Below are positions 26,664-39,057 of a stretch of DNA of 64,000 nt, piece by piece. The translations under genes were made by a program, and so were the position numbers. Origin of the DNA: Octopus sinensis (lineage: Eukaryota); contig NC_043000.1 in NCBI RefSeq assembly GCF_006345805.1, positions 118,110,001-118,174,000 of the forward strand, in the 5' to 3' direction. Every line of letters begins with the position of its first letter. The stretch's first letter is position 1. The notes beneath the pieces were generated by a model, which was given only the letters and a program-made list of their open reading frames with translations, did not search any database and was not told where the DNA came from.

Positions 26664-26768
26664 TTTCTTATACGATGCACCGTTTCGTCTGCTGTTTAAT
26701 GGTAAACTAACCTGATTAAATTAAATCAAGCCAATCTTCCATAGGCCCTCAGATTCTTCAGTAAGAAA
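26664..26768 (-). ncRNA. Type I hammerhead ribozyme (inverted copy in segment B)
   Basis: Reverse complement of 27041-27145. Confidence 0.7.
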
Positions 26769-27040
26769 TAGCCACAAGTCGGAACAGATATTTTCACGAG
26801 GCATCTCCGACCCTGCCACTAGGCCGCTGGTGGCAAAAAAATTCTACAAAATTTTTTTTTGCCACCCTATATTGATTAATTATGAATTTTCTGGTTAATT
26901 CCGTAATGGAATCGACGGCTTATATTTATTTGCTGCCGATAAATTTGGCGCGAGTGCGATGATTTGAAAATTTTAGGTCAGATATTACCTTGGCAGGGTC
27001 GGAGATGCCTCGTGAAAATATCTGTTCCGACTTGTGGCTA

Positions 27041-27145
27041 TTTCTTACTGAAGAATCTGAGGGCCTATGGAAGATTGGCTTGATTTAATTTAATCAGGTT
27101 AGTTTACCATTAAACAGCAGACGAAACGGTGCATCGTATAAGAAA
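27041..27145 (+). ncRNA. Type I hammerhead ribozyme with extended stem II insert
   Basis: UUUCUUA CUGAAGA AUCUG-(58 nt)-CAGAC GAAA CGGUGCAUCG UA UAAGAAA: stem I 7 bp, near-palindromic stem III, GUA triplet; A10.1-C11.1 mismatch. Confidence 0.72.
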
Positions 27146-27537
27146 TTACAGGGTAAATGTTTTTTAAATTTTCTCCTGTTTACGGAATTGACTTTTATTT
27201 GCGGTTGAAGCTTTGGCTGTTATTTCTAGTGGGTGAATGGCCTATTATGGCCGTTCCTTGATTGTTGATGTTATACATATATATATATATATAATGCATA
27301 TACATATATATATGTGTGTGTGTATATATATATATATATGATGTATATAGGTTAGTAGAGTTAGAGGTTAGAATAACCGTCTCTCTCTCTCTCCCTCTCT
27401 CTATATATATATACATATATATATATGCATGGCAACAGTTCAATAATCGAAAGTAATAAAAGATAGAAAAAGAAACCCAATTAACGTATCAAGATTCTAT
27501 GTATTGTTATTTTCATATATTGTAATTTTATGTATTG

Positions 27538-27585
<48 letters not shown>

Positions 27586-27623
27586 GCGCACGCACAATAC
27601 ACACACACACGCACACACACACA

Positions 27624-27668
<45 letters not shown>

Positions 27669-28197
27669 GCACGGGTGTGTGTGTCAGAAAACAGTTACTA
27701 AAACAGATAATTATTCTGCATTTTAGTGTTGGAAGTTATTTTTAAAATTTAATCAGAATAAAGAACGGTTTCAAAATCAAGAACCTAACACCAATAAACG
27801 TCCAAAATATTGCCCAAAATGATTGTAATATAATAATTCAAAATCTAATTGCTTAAGTCTTTTAAATGCCCAACTTAATTGTATAAAAGAAATTAATTCT
27901 AATCTTCATTTAAATACGTGTTAGTAATATCCAGTATTAATATTTTAAGCGTTCAAAAATTTTCTGTCGCCAATAATCGCAGTGTTATAACAGCTTTAAG
28001 ATTTCAGACGCTTAAGTTATTAAATTAGTTTCTTTTCTCATATACGTTCGACGAAAATTCCGAATATGAAAATCATGAATGTTCGAATTAATTCCCAAAA
28101 GTAAAATCTGTCAAAATCTGACAGGGAAATAATGAATGAGATTTTTTAGTTCTATATTTCTTTATAGATGTATGAAAGCATAAACGCGTATACAACT

Positions 28198-28345
28198 ATA
28201 TGTATGTACGTACGTACGTATGTATGTATGTATGTATGTATGTATGTATGTATGTATGTATGTATGTATGTATGTATGTATGTATGTATGTATGTATGTA
28301 TGTATGTATGTATGTATGTATGTATGTATGTATGTATGTATGTAT
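28198..28345. repeat. (TATG)n tetranucleotide microsatellite
   Basis: Directly visible. Confidence 0.95.
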
Positions 28346-28369
28346 GAGAGTTGATATATACATATATAT

Positions 28370-28765
28370 AGTGGAGGCGCGTGGCTTAGTGGTTAGGGTG
28401 TTAGTACCATGATCGTAAGATTGTGATTTTGATTCCTGTGTTCTTGAGCAAAACACTTCATTTCACATAGCTCCAGTCTACTCAGCTGGCAAAAATGAGT
28501 AACGCTGCGATGGACTGGCGTCCCGTCCAGCTGGGGAACACATACGCCCATGAGTCTGTCTAGGCTTTAAAAGGGCGCAGTGGAGACGCAATGGCCCAGT
28601 GGTTAGGGCAGCAGACTCGCGGTCGGAGGATCGCGGTTTCGATTTCCAGGCCGGGCGTTGTGTATGTTTTTTTGAACGAAACACTTAAAGCTCCACGAAG
28701 CTCTGGCAGGGGGTGGTGGCGCCCCCTGTTGTACTCTTTCGCCCCAACTTTCTCTCACTCTTTGC
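28370..28765 (+). mobile_element. Two adjacent family C SINE variants
   Basis: GTGGAGGCGCGTGGCTTAGTGGTTAGGG head near 28370 and GTGGAGACGCAATGGCCCAGTGGTTAGGG near 28580; V-domain-like GCGATGGACTGGCGTCCCGTCCAG. Confidence 0.75.
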
Positions 28766-29359
28766 AGAAACTAGTAAAATTAAAAGAATAAAACAATAAA
28801 AGAATAAGTTGCTTATATACTTTTACACTACTTAAAATAGTTAAACATTTTTAAAATACAATTTCCAATAATATTTAATCACAAAAATATAACAAGATCT
28901 TTTAAACATCGAATAATTAGGAGGACTCACCCGAGTAATGTAGGATTCAAAGAAGTCCATAGCCAAAAATAGTAGAGAACGGCTGTGTTAAATGGTTAGT
29001 GTGGGACTTCTACCACGTAATTAATCTACTGATGTTCATTCACTGACAATTATTCAACTTATACTTCATAATTTCATCATATAAAAGTCACTTCGTTGTC
29101 TGATCTATTAAGATTTCAGTGGGTTTAAATTTCAAAGAAATAAACAGTTTTCTTACACTTGTTTCAGTCATTTGACTGCGGCCATGCTGGAGCACCGCCT
29201 TTAGTCGAACAAATCGACCCCAGGACTTATTCTTTGTAAGCCTAGTAGTTATTCTATCGGTCTCTTATGCCGAACCGCTAAGTCACGGGAGCGTTAACAC
29301 GCCGACAACGGTTGTCAAGCAACGGTGAGGACACAAACACAGACGCACAGATACATACA

Positions 29360-29395
<36 letters not shown>

Positions 29396-29396
29396 T

Positions 29397-29431
<35 letters not shown>

Positions 29432-29679
29432 GACAGAGAGACAGAGACAGAGACAGAGAGAGGGGGAGTGAGAGAGAGAGGGAGAGATAGTGAGAGAAGA
29501 TAGGCTTCTTTGAGAATTAGCATAATTGTTAGATCAACAAACCTACGGACCATACTTATTAGATTATTAGAGCAACTCTGCCTTAGTCAGTAGCATGATT
29601 TTATGTTGCGAGATCGAATCCAGCTGGAGTCAACTTTGATGAAATTGATAAAATAGATGCTACTGATAGATTATAACCT

Positions 29680-30035
29680 TGTATTGTAAATATATGGTCC
29701 TGTGCCAAACTAAGAAAGCACTATTTGTTGGTGCTTTAGTGATTTGTGGGCTTGCGTCAAGCAGCTGCTGCCTTGTGTAAGACGTATCCGGTTGTACACC
29801 GCGTATGGGAAGATCGAGGCCCACCTTCTTTTGGCAGAGAAGGGAGGCAGGCTTTCTTTGCTTAATGGTTGTAGCGAAAGAAGTTGCGTGGAGGACCAGT
29901 CTGAAAAGTATGAAGATAAGAACTTTTCTATTTGGCCAAGTTCTCATCAATTTCTTCAAATACCATTTGAAGAAATTGAGGGTAGAGAGGAAGCTGCTGC
30001 TTTCAGGTGCATTTACCAAAAGTATGTTTTAAAAA
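29680..30035 (+). mobile_element. Degenerate Tx1/L1-like LINE ORF2 C-terminal fragment
   Basis: DLWACVKQLL..., FLCLMVVAKEVAW..., INFFKYHLKKLRVERKLL resemble the C-terminus of Tx1-like ORF2; frameshifted; recognised by eye. Confidence 0.5.
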
Positions 30036-30356
30036 GTACCCCGTTTTCCCCAATGACATTAATACCATACACCCTACAACAGTAACAAAATCGACACGAC
30101 CATACCAGCAGTATCTCCCTCAATCCTTGCCATCACAAACTCTAATTCCATGGTTATGAAGCAACGGCAACAAAAATCCTGTTTTCTCCAAGTCCATCTA
30201 TGCATCCAATTCATAATGTGTAATTACTAATACAACCAGTATCATATCATATTCATTGTCGTCATCAACGAAAACAGCAGCACTTGCAGAATAGTTATCG
30301 CTTCACTTCCGAAACTTCATTTAAAAACCAGTTGTGATAGAAATATTAGAAGTCAT

Positions 30357-31085
30357 AGGCATAGGAGTGGCTGTGTGGTAAGTAGCTTGCTTACGAACCA
30401 CATGCTTCCGGGTTTAGTCCCACTGCGTGGCACCTTGGACAAGTATCTTCTACTATAGCCTCGGGCCGACCAAAGCCTTTGTGAGTGGCTTTGATAGACG
30501 GAAACTGAAAGAAGCCCGTCGTATATATATATATATATATATATACGAAATGCATTGCGAATAAGCCCGCCATTTTCATAGATATGTAAAGATAAACATT
30601 CGTACGTGCTACGACGAAATCTACGGTTGGCTATCGGGTTTGTAACGTTATGTTTTTTCTTATATATCTTGAGTTTGTTGCACTGATGAACATAGAATGC
30701 ATATTCTGCATTAATTGCGAAATCACAGGTGATATGTAACTAAATTCTTTTTTTAAATGATTTGCTTTGAAGTTTTGCATTCGGTAAAATTTTGTTTATT
30801 TTAGTAGTTTCGACCGCATTGGTCCCTCTTAGCGTGTGGTTTCTACGAATAGTAGTACCCTCAATATAATATAAATATATATATATATATATGGCTCCCC
30901 ACCCCAACATCACTTGACATCCGATGCTGGTGTGTTTACGTACCCGTCACTTAGCGGTTCGGCAAAAGAGACCGATAGAATAAGTACTAGGCTTACAAAG
31001 AATAAGTCCTGGGGTCAATTTGCTCGACTAAAAGGCGGTGATCTAGCATGGCCACAGTCAAATGTGTTGAAACAAGTAAAAGAGT
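30357..31085 (+). mobile_element. Family A SINE split by a ~320-bp insert (30546-30865) in its internal (TA)n
   Basis: Head ~30357-30530 and tail ~30893-31085 are the two halves of family A; the insert is flanked by (TA)n on both sides. Confidence 0.75.
30677..30740 (+). ncRNA. Type I hammerhead ribozyme-like motif
   Basis: GUUGCA CUGAUGA ACA...UGC GAAA UCAC-AG-GUGA UA UGUAAC: stem I 6 bp, stem III 5 bp, AUA triplet; stem II base weak (A10.1-C11.1). Confidence 0.65.
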
Positions 31086-32340
31086 GAGTTTTGGGTGAAA
31101 TAAAACATCGGAAATGCTTTGTCCTACGCAAAAAACCGCAGGAACTACTTCAAGATATTGCAACCTCTTTTCCTGGTAGTCACTAAAGCTTTCGCAATGC
31201 TGGAAGAGCTTCCGTATATTCAGCTGGTATCCCAGGGTTACAAGCGTTACGCACCTGAATCTGTACTATTCGCCTATGTAAGGCACATAGGACTGAAATT
31301 GCTTTTAGCGACCTCATCATCAACAAGAAAATTTCAGCAAAGCTGGGTGATAGTGGTGTCAGACGAAGCATGCAGACCATCGTATAAATTGTTTTATTTC
31401 TCTCTTTCGTTTTATTTTGACATGCGCATTGCATTTTTATTCTCAGCGCCTCAATTTGTAATGGACTACTAAGTCCACTAATTGTAAGAACTGGAGTAAG
31501 AGGTTTGATACCTCGTGTTGTTTTTTTCTGTGTAAAAAAAAAAAAAGATGAGAATAATGTTTTAGAGAAGCAAAAAATCGGCGGACGTCTTTTGTCTTCC
31601 CCCATCAATATCATCCTTTTTTCATCACTCATCTCATCAATGTTTTTGTCCAGCCTGCAAGCTACTCCCTCTGTGTTATGCCTTTATGGCAAAGTTTTGA
31701 AATAAAGTAGAATAGTGAGGGGTGATCCACACCAGGCAAAACTTTTGTGGGATGGAACTTTTGGTTCTTCAGTATAACTCTGTAGATTGTATAAGCTTAG
31801 TGTCACTGGAGGCAAGTGTGAGAAAACTCAAGGGCGACTCTGGGCGGCACATACTCTAACTACGCCACTTATGTCTACTTAAGTTTGTCAAATAACAGAA
31901 CCATTCCTTCAAAATATTTTCTCTACACTTCTGAAAAGAAATAAAAAAAGAGCTGTTGCCAAAATTAACTTCTAAATTACTTGACGGAAACCACAGACTG
32001 TAACCATTTGAAATGTTTAATATTAAATATAATATAAGTATGACAATCGTTAAATGTAATTAATCTAAGTGATGTCTTAATTTTGCTATTAGTAACAGCT
32101 AGTGACAAGTCACAAATTATATTTATATTTAACCGTTGTTTCATTTTAGTTATTGTGGTATCTTTTTTTAATCAGAAATTTTTACCCCAGATACAAGGAA
32201 TTATTTCGATTTGTTTATATATCTGTTGTAAAACAGTCGACTGATGTTGGACGTAACACGAGCTGTCTATATAAGAAATGTAAACGTCAGGTATTTTGTT
32301 TTAACGTTTGTTATCTCTAATATATCAATTAAATGTAACA

Positions 32341-32550
32341 GGCGGTGAGCTGGCAGAAACGTTAGCACGCCGGGCGAAATACTTAGCAGTATTTCATCTG
32401 CCGCCACGTTCAGTGTACAAATTCCGCCGAGGTCGAATTCGCCTTTCATCCTTTCGGGGTCGATTAAATAAGTACCAGTTACTGGAGTCGATATAATTGA
32501 CTTAATCCGTTTGTCTGTCCTTGTTTAGCCCACTAGAGGGCAATAAAGAA
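32341..32550 (+). mobile_element. Family B SINE
   Basis: GGCGGTGAGCTGGCAGAAACGTTAGC head, GGGCAATAAAGAAATA tail. Confidence 0.8.
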
Positions 32551-32577
32551 ATAAAAGTGTAATAATTTTTAATTACG

Positions 32578-33310
32578 TTTTTTTTTAAGAAAAAATCTTA
32601 TACGGTTTTGCTCCAAATAAGGCCACTGTAGCCTGTATCGCATGGGACTACAAGGAAGGAAAAGAAGGGGCTTCCAAATCCAAAAGATGTAGATTGACAG
32701 AAAGCTTTAAAATCTGAATGTCATAGAGCAGATGAAATCAAGACGATGTTAGTGAGTTCCAGAAAGAAGCAGTTTGAGGAAAGAAGCTGTTAGAATAGAA
32801 AGACTTATGAGAAACAACAAACTCAACAGAAAAACGATGCGCCTGGAAAGAGAAGTAGATGACATTTTTAAAGGTCCCGAGAAAAGGTACTAAACTAGGA
32901 AGTTCATCAGAGTTATAACTATGGAAATAAAGGCGGCGAGCTGGCAGAAACGTTAGCACGCCGGGCGAAATGCCTAGCGGTATTTCGTCTGTCTTTATGT
33001 TCTGAGGTTCAAATTCCGCCGAGGTCGACTTTGCCTTTCATCCTTTCGGGGTCGATAAATTAAGTACCAGTCACGCACTGGGGTCGCTGTTATCGACTTA
33101 ATCCGTTTGTCTGTCCTTGTTTGTTCCCTCTATGTTTACCCCCTTGTGGGCAATAAAGAATAATATAACTATGGAAATATTTATAGAAAAGATAACGAAG
33201 GCAAAGACACCGACCTAGTAGATGTAAAGTTATTGCTTTCATCTATGAGTCGGTGCCTTCTCTTATTGTCTGATCGAATTTAAGATCATGTTGTTAACAA
33301 AGTGGATCCT
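32578..33310 (-). mobile_element. 3' end of a CR1/L2-group LINE with poly(A), interrupted by a SINE
   Basis: Minus strand RRLIDES...FYKYFHSYNSDELPSLVP...FYSNSFFPQTASFWNSL...DFKAF, short 3' UTR, A-run at 32578-32586. Confidence 0.65.
32930..33163 (+). mobile_element. Family B SINE with 16-bp TSD
   Basis: TSD TATAACTATGGAAATA at 32914-32929 and 33164-33179. Confidence 0.9.
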
Positions 33311-33683
33311 TTACTTTTTTCGTTATCAAAGACAATTTTTACAAAGGGTTAATCAAACTGATTAAAAAGGATTAAATGCACCAAAATATTTAACTAACAC
33401 TTATTTTATTGACTTCACACGGAAAGGGTAAAAAAACTGTTCGTTGACGGAGTGAAAGATGCAGTCGGCTCCAGTAAGAATTGATCTCATGATGCAAAGG
33501 AACAGAATCAAAACTTATATGGTGTGCGACTGTTTTCTAATATCGATCCTAGGCGTGGCTGTGCAGTTAAGAAGCTCTCATTACAACACGTGGTTTTAGG
33601 TTCAGTCCCACTGTGCGGCATCGAATACTTGGGCAAGTGTCTTCTAATATAGCCCCAGACTATCCAATACCTTCGGAAACTGT

Positions 33684-34014
33684 GGATCTTTTCACTTTGA
33701 CCAGCAAATTTAAAAAATAATTTCTTTGTAACTAAACACTTTTAAACTTCGTATACTGGTAGAATGTGTTACATAAAACATCTTTTTCTCTTGGCGTTCT
33801 TAGAAAATTCTGTAGTTTGTAAGGTATATGTTGTTAAATTTCTCGTATTTCGGCAATTTCAACAAATCAATGACGTCTATTGAGGTGAATACAATTACTG
33901 CTGTTGTTTGTCAACAAGAACTTCCGGTGGTGTATATTTCGTTTGTCGAAGTTTAAAAGTGTTTAGTTACAAAAAATTATTTTTTTAAATCTGCCGGTCA
34001 AAGTGAAATGATCC
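33684..34014. mobile_element. MITE-like element with ~65-bp imperfect TIRs
   Basis: GGATCTTTTCACTTTGACCAGCAAATTTAAAAAATAATT...CACTTTTAAACTTCG and a reverse-complement counterpart ending ...AAAGTGAAATGATCC. Confidence 0.75.
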
Positions 34015-34441
34015 GAAACTGTTGTATCTCACTCAGGAAATACAACAGCACACGGATATTCGTTAAGTTGGATTGTAAACTGGCAAAACATATTTTGAAA
34101 CGACGAAATCGTCTTGATCATTTCATGTAATCGCAATAACGTTTTTCAAAGTGCAACCTAAACTCTGTTAAACCATGTTCTAATTTTCGTTCTCATATCA
34201 TCTAAAATTACAATTGAACCTCAAAAGAATAAATACCAACACTGAATACTCATTTGTTGTGGAATAACAGAGTTCTTCATATAATAGGGAGCTAAGTAAC
34301 AGTATCATTTTCTCCGTATCGTTTTCCACAGTTTATATGTTGAGAAAATACAGTCGGCCACTGATTTATTCGTTCTTGTTACAAGAAACCTCACTATATG
34401 GCTTCATTTGGTTCACACATGCATTATACATTAATAACGAA

Positions 34442-34855
34442 AGGCGCCAAGCTGGCAGAAACGTTAGCACGCCGGGCGAAATGCTAAGCGGTTTTTCGTC
34501 TGCCGCTACGTTCTGAGTTCAAATTCCGCCGAGATCGACTTTGCCTTTTATCCTTTCGGGGTCGATAAATTAAGTACCAGTTACGCACTGGGGTCGATGT
34601 AATCAACTTAATCCGTTTGTCTGTCCTCGTTTGTCCCCTCTGTGTTTAGCCCCTTGTGGGTAATAAAGAAATAGGTATTTCGTCTGTCGTTACGTTCTGA
34701 GTTCAAATCCCGCCGAGGTCGACTTTGCCTTTCATTCTTTCAGGGTCGATAAATAAAGTACCAGTTTCGCACTGGGGTCGATGTAATCGACTTAATCCTT
34801 TTGTCTGTCCTTGTTTGTCCCCTCTATGTTTAGCCCCTTGTGGACAGTAAAGAAA
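34442..34855 (+). mobile_element. Family B SINE with duplicated body
   Basis: AGGCGCCAAGCTGGCAGAAACG head; body repeated from ~34675. Confidence 0.85.
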
Positions 34856-34944
34856 TGTATATATTAATAACGAATTCTCTTTCAACCAGACTGGAGGACT
34901 TGTATTTTAGGTAACAGAAAGCTGGGAGATCGTGGTATTTCATT

Positions 34945-35370
34945 TAACTTCTACTTGTTTCAGCCATTTAGACTGCGGCCATGCTGGAGCACGTCCCTGA
35001 AGAACTTTTAGGCGAATGAATCAACCCCTAAGCTGTTATTTTTATTAAATTTGGGATTTATTCTATCGGTTCTCTTTTGTTGCCAAACCGCTAAATTACG
35101 GGGATGTAAATACACCAACACCGGTTGTCAAGTTGTGGTGGGGAGATAGTAAATACAGTCACAAACACACACACACACACACACATACACACACACCCAC
35201 ACACACATACACACACACACACACACACATATACAAACACACGGGCTTCTTCGCTTTTACTGATACTAAATCCGCTCACAAGACCTTGGTCAGCCCGAAA
35301 CTTTATTAGAAGACACTTGCTCAAGGTGCATCGCTTTGGGGCTAAACCAGGAATCATGTGAATGGGAAGT
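34945..35370 (-). mobile_element. Diverged family A SINE
   Basis: Reverse-complement tail TTTCAGCCATTTAGACTGCGGCCATGCTGGAGC, internal (CA)n. Confidence 0.7.
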
Positions 35371-35854
35371 AAACTTACTTCTTTATTGCCCACAAGGGGC
35401 TAAACATAAATGGGACAAAGAAAGAAAAGAAAAAGAAAATTTAATAAAATAAAATAAAGTAAGTGCCAATTGAGCACTGGGGTGGATGTAATTGACCTCC
35501 AAAATTGCAAGCCTTGTGGTAAAATTTGAAACCGAAACTTGGTACAAAACATTTACCCTTCATAGTTTTAGCTTTACTCCGTGTATAAACCGCACCCCAG
35601 TCTTTTCAGTTAAAATCAAGTATATATTTGTACGACTTAAACATGAGTAAATACGATATTTATATCAGAGCCTAGTGTTTCATTTCTCTTCTCTATAACG
35701 ATGAAAGGCAAAGTCCATTTAAGCAAGATTCTATCGCAGAACGCCAAAGAATGTACATGTATGACACAAAATATCTCCAGCGTAGCTCTCCCGATTCTGC
35801 CAGCCCTCAATGTTCATAACTGACAATAAAATTTAAAAATGAATCAATAGCATC

Positions 35855-36620
35855 ACAAGTTAGTAGCAGTGAAGGTTAACGGGGAATCTTGCCTCACAGG
35901 ATATAGAAATGTTTCTCACGGCACCGGGAGACAGAATGGAAAAGCCATTGCTCAGTTAGTACTTGCGGACAGCCATCACCGCCTTGATAGTAGTGCGCTG
36001 GGGTATGTTCCACGGGCAAAGAACACCGGAGGTCTCCACTGCCTCAGGCTCCATCATGAGCGACTGATACCTTGACGGCTTCTTTTTTTCTTTTTCTTCT
36101 CAGCCTGGCGAGCAGCGGAACCTGGGCCTGGTAGCTGACAATTCCAAGTTGCCATTAGAGAAGGTATCACAGCATGTGGAATCCCAGATGATGGGCCTAC
36201 CGCCACGGAACGGGTAATTGTCATACCTATTTCTTTACTACCCACAAGGGGCAAAACACAGTGAGGACAAACAAGGACAGTCAAACGGATTAAGTCGATT
36301 ACATCGATCCCAGTGCGTAAGTGGTACTTAATTTATCGACCCCGAAAGGATGAAAGGCAAAGTCGACCTCGGCGGAATTTGAACTCAGAACGTAACGACA
36401 GACGAAATACCGCTAGGCATTTCGCCCAGCGTACTAACGTTTCTGCCAGCTCGCCGCCTTTAAACGGGTAATTTTCATACCGTCCGGTCGTCTACCGCCA
36501 CCTTTATCTAGCTCCGCTGGTTCTAGCTGGGAATGGAAGCCTGCGACGTCTAGGCTATACTTTGTGATCCTGTTAAGGGTGGAATGGTGCGGAAGGCGCC
36601 CAGCACTATGATGGCATTAC
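35855..36620 (-). mobile_element. 3' end of a CRE-clade-like non-LTR retrotransposon (restriction-like endonuclease domain), split by a SINE
   Basis: Minus strand AGRLPHHSTLN...SLDVAGFHSQLEPAELDKGGGRRPDGM [SINE] PFRGGRPIIWDSTCCDTFS...SAARQAEKKK...YQSL...AVETSGV matches the RPD...D...E...K RLE layout of CRE-like elements. Confidence 0.7.
36228..36462 (-). mobile_element. Family B SINE with 19-bp TSD (1 mismatch)
   Basis: AACGGGTAATT(G/T)TCATACC at 36209-36227 and 36463-36481. Confidence 0.85.
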
Positions 36621-36859
36621 AGTGGGTGGAGGGAATTTGATAACTAAATTATAAATCCTTGATTTATGCGAAAATCTTCCATCTAGTTAATGAAATAATT
36701 TTCATTCATATAATCATTATGAATATATTCTTACCGATATACATGTGTTTATTTCTTGAGGCAAGTGTTAGTCTTTGCACATTTATATATGGATGAGAAA
36801 ATAATGTTGATGGATAGGTACAACAAAAATAATAGTAGCGTGTGTGTGTGTGTGTGTGT

Positions 36860-36910
<51 letters not shown>

Positions 36911-36914
36911 TGTG

Positions 36915-36949
<35 letters not shown>

Positions 36950-37290
36950 GTGGAAATAAATCGTAAAAATCTGAACAGCTTGCGAAGATATACCAAGGGA
37001 GATAAATAGTGTCGCCTATCTGGAGTAGCGTCCCTTAAATAATATTACGTTAAGAAAGGTGAAAATGTAAAATGGTCTCTTTGAGTCGACAATAGAGCAA
37101 CAAACGAAACGATACGTGAAGCCACACAAGTTATTAAGAACAATGAAAATATGTTTCCAGGTATGGCCAGTAATTCAGCAAATGACTAATGTGTCGACGA
37201 ATTGTAAATTTCAAATTTCTTAAAGTAACATGCGACCGTCCATTGTATCTACAACAAAATGGTATTACCTCTTTTCTATATGATTTTATA

Positions 37291-37546
37291 AAAATAAATG
37301 CGCCCTTTGAAAGCCTAGCCAGGCTCATGAGCCCCGTTTCCCGGTTTCAATGGCGTACGTGTTCCCTAGCTGGATCGGACGCCAGTCCATCGCAGCGTTA
37401 CTCATTTTTGCCAGCTGAGTGGACTGGAGCAACGTGAAATGAAGTGTCTTGCTCAAGAACACAACGCGTCGCCCGGTCCAGGAATCGAAACCACAATCAT
37501 ACGGCCATGATGCTGACACCCTAACCACTAAGCCACGTGCCTCCAC
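37291..37546 (-). mobile_element. Family C SINE with 13-bp TSD
   Basis: TSD ATATGATTTTATA at 37278-37290 and 37547-37559. Confidence 0.85.
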
Positions 37547-37989
37547 ATATGATTTTATACAAAACAATAATATTAAGTGGCAAATATACTTCACGATGTC
37601 GTGTAGCTACTGTTTATACCTCATTCAGAGGTTTATTAAATAATATTAAGATAAATACCAAAAAATGTGGATTTTTGCAATTAATAAAGTAATACCTAAA
37701 CATCAGTTTTTCCCTTTTCTGATTTTTTCCTTGCTTCGTTCTTTCCCTGTCTCATTCTCGGTAAAATGTTCCAATAGCAAACGCGTAAATTTGAAACTGG
37801 AGATTCGACAGCCCCAACAATAAGACAAATCGGACTCTAATCCCAGTGTTGAGTCCCATCATCGGCAAAGGTTCTGCTGTCGTTCTTAAACTAGCTCGGA
37901 AATAATAACCTTAATTTAACACACGCGTACGCACACACGCACGAACACACATACGCACACACACACACACATATACATATATACATACA

Positions 37990-38507
37990 TACATACACAC
38001 ACACACATATATACTCTTTTACTCTTTTACTTGTTTCAGTCATTTGACTGTGGCCATGCTGGAGCACAGCCTTTAGTCGAGCAAATCGACCCCGGGACTT
38101 ATTCTTTGTAAGCCCAGTACTTATTCGATCGGTCTCTCTTTGCCGAACCGCTAGGTGACGGGTACGTAAACACACTAGCATCGGTTGTCAAGCAATGCTA
38201 GGGTGACAAACACAGACACACAAACATATATATATATATATACGATGGGCTTCTTTCAGTTTCCGTCTACCAAATCCACTCACAAAGCATTGGTCAGCCC
38301 GGGGCTATAGCAGAAGACACTTGCCCAGATGCCCGCGTGCGGGGACTGAACCCGGAACCATGTGGCTGGTTAGCAAGCTACTTACCACATAGCCACTCCT
38401 AACATATATATACATTACATTAACATACATATATACATACATACATGCATATATATATATATATAACATATTATATACATACATATATATATACATACAT
38501 CTATTAT

Positions 38508-38541
<34 letters not shown>

Positions 38542-39055
38542 GATAATATATATATATTATATAATTACATATATAATACATATATACATACATACATACA
38601 TATATATACATACATATATACATACATATATACATTTACATAATATATATATATATATATATATACATTAATTATATATATATATATATATATGTGGTAT
38701 GTAGGTATATGTATGTATGTATATATATGTAGGAGTGGCTATACGCACACACACGCACAAGCACACACACGCACACTCACGCACAAGCACACACACACAC
38801 ACATATACATATATATATATACATACATACACACACACATATATATACTCTTTTACTTGTTTCAGTCATTTGACTGCGGCCATGCTGGAGCACCGCCTTT
38901 AGTCGAGCAAATCGACCCCGGGACTTATTCTTTGTAAGCCCAGTACTTATTCGATCGGTCTCTTCTTGCCGAACCGCTAGTTGACGGGTACGTAAACACA
39001 CTAGCATCGGTTGTCAAGCAATGCTAGAGTGACAAACACAGACACACAAACATAT
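37990..39055 (-). mobile_element. Two family A SINEs separated by a (TA)n-rich tract
   Basis: Copies at ~37990-38400 and ~38825-39055, nearly identical to each other. Confidence 0.8.
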
Positions 39056-39057
39056 AT

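Larger units (their letters stand above)
26440..27272. repeat. Nested inverted duplication A-B-A'-C-B'
   Basis: A 26440-26500 / A' 26818-26879; B 26539-26817 / B' 26992-27272 (reverse complements with two 1-nt indels); GG microhomology at the B/A' junction. Confidence 0.9.
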
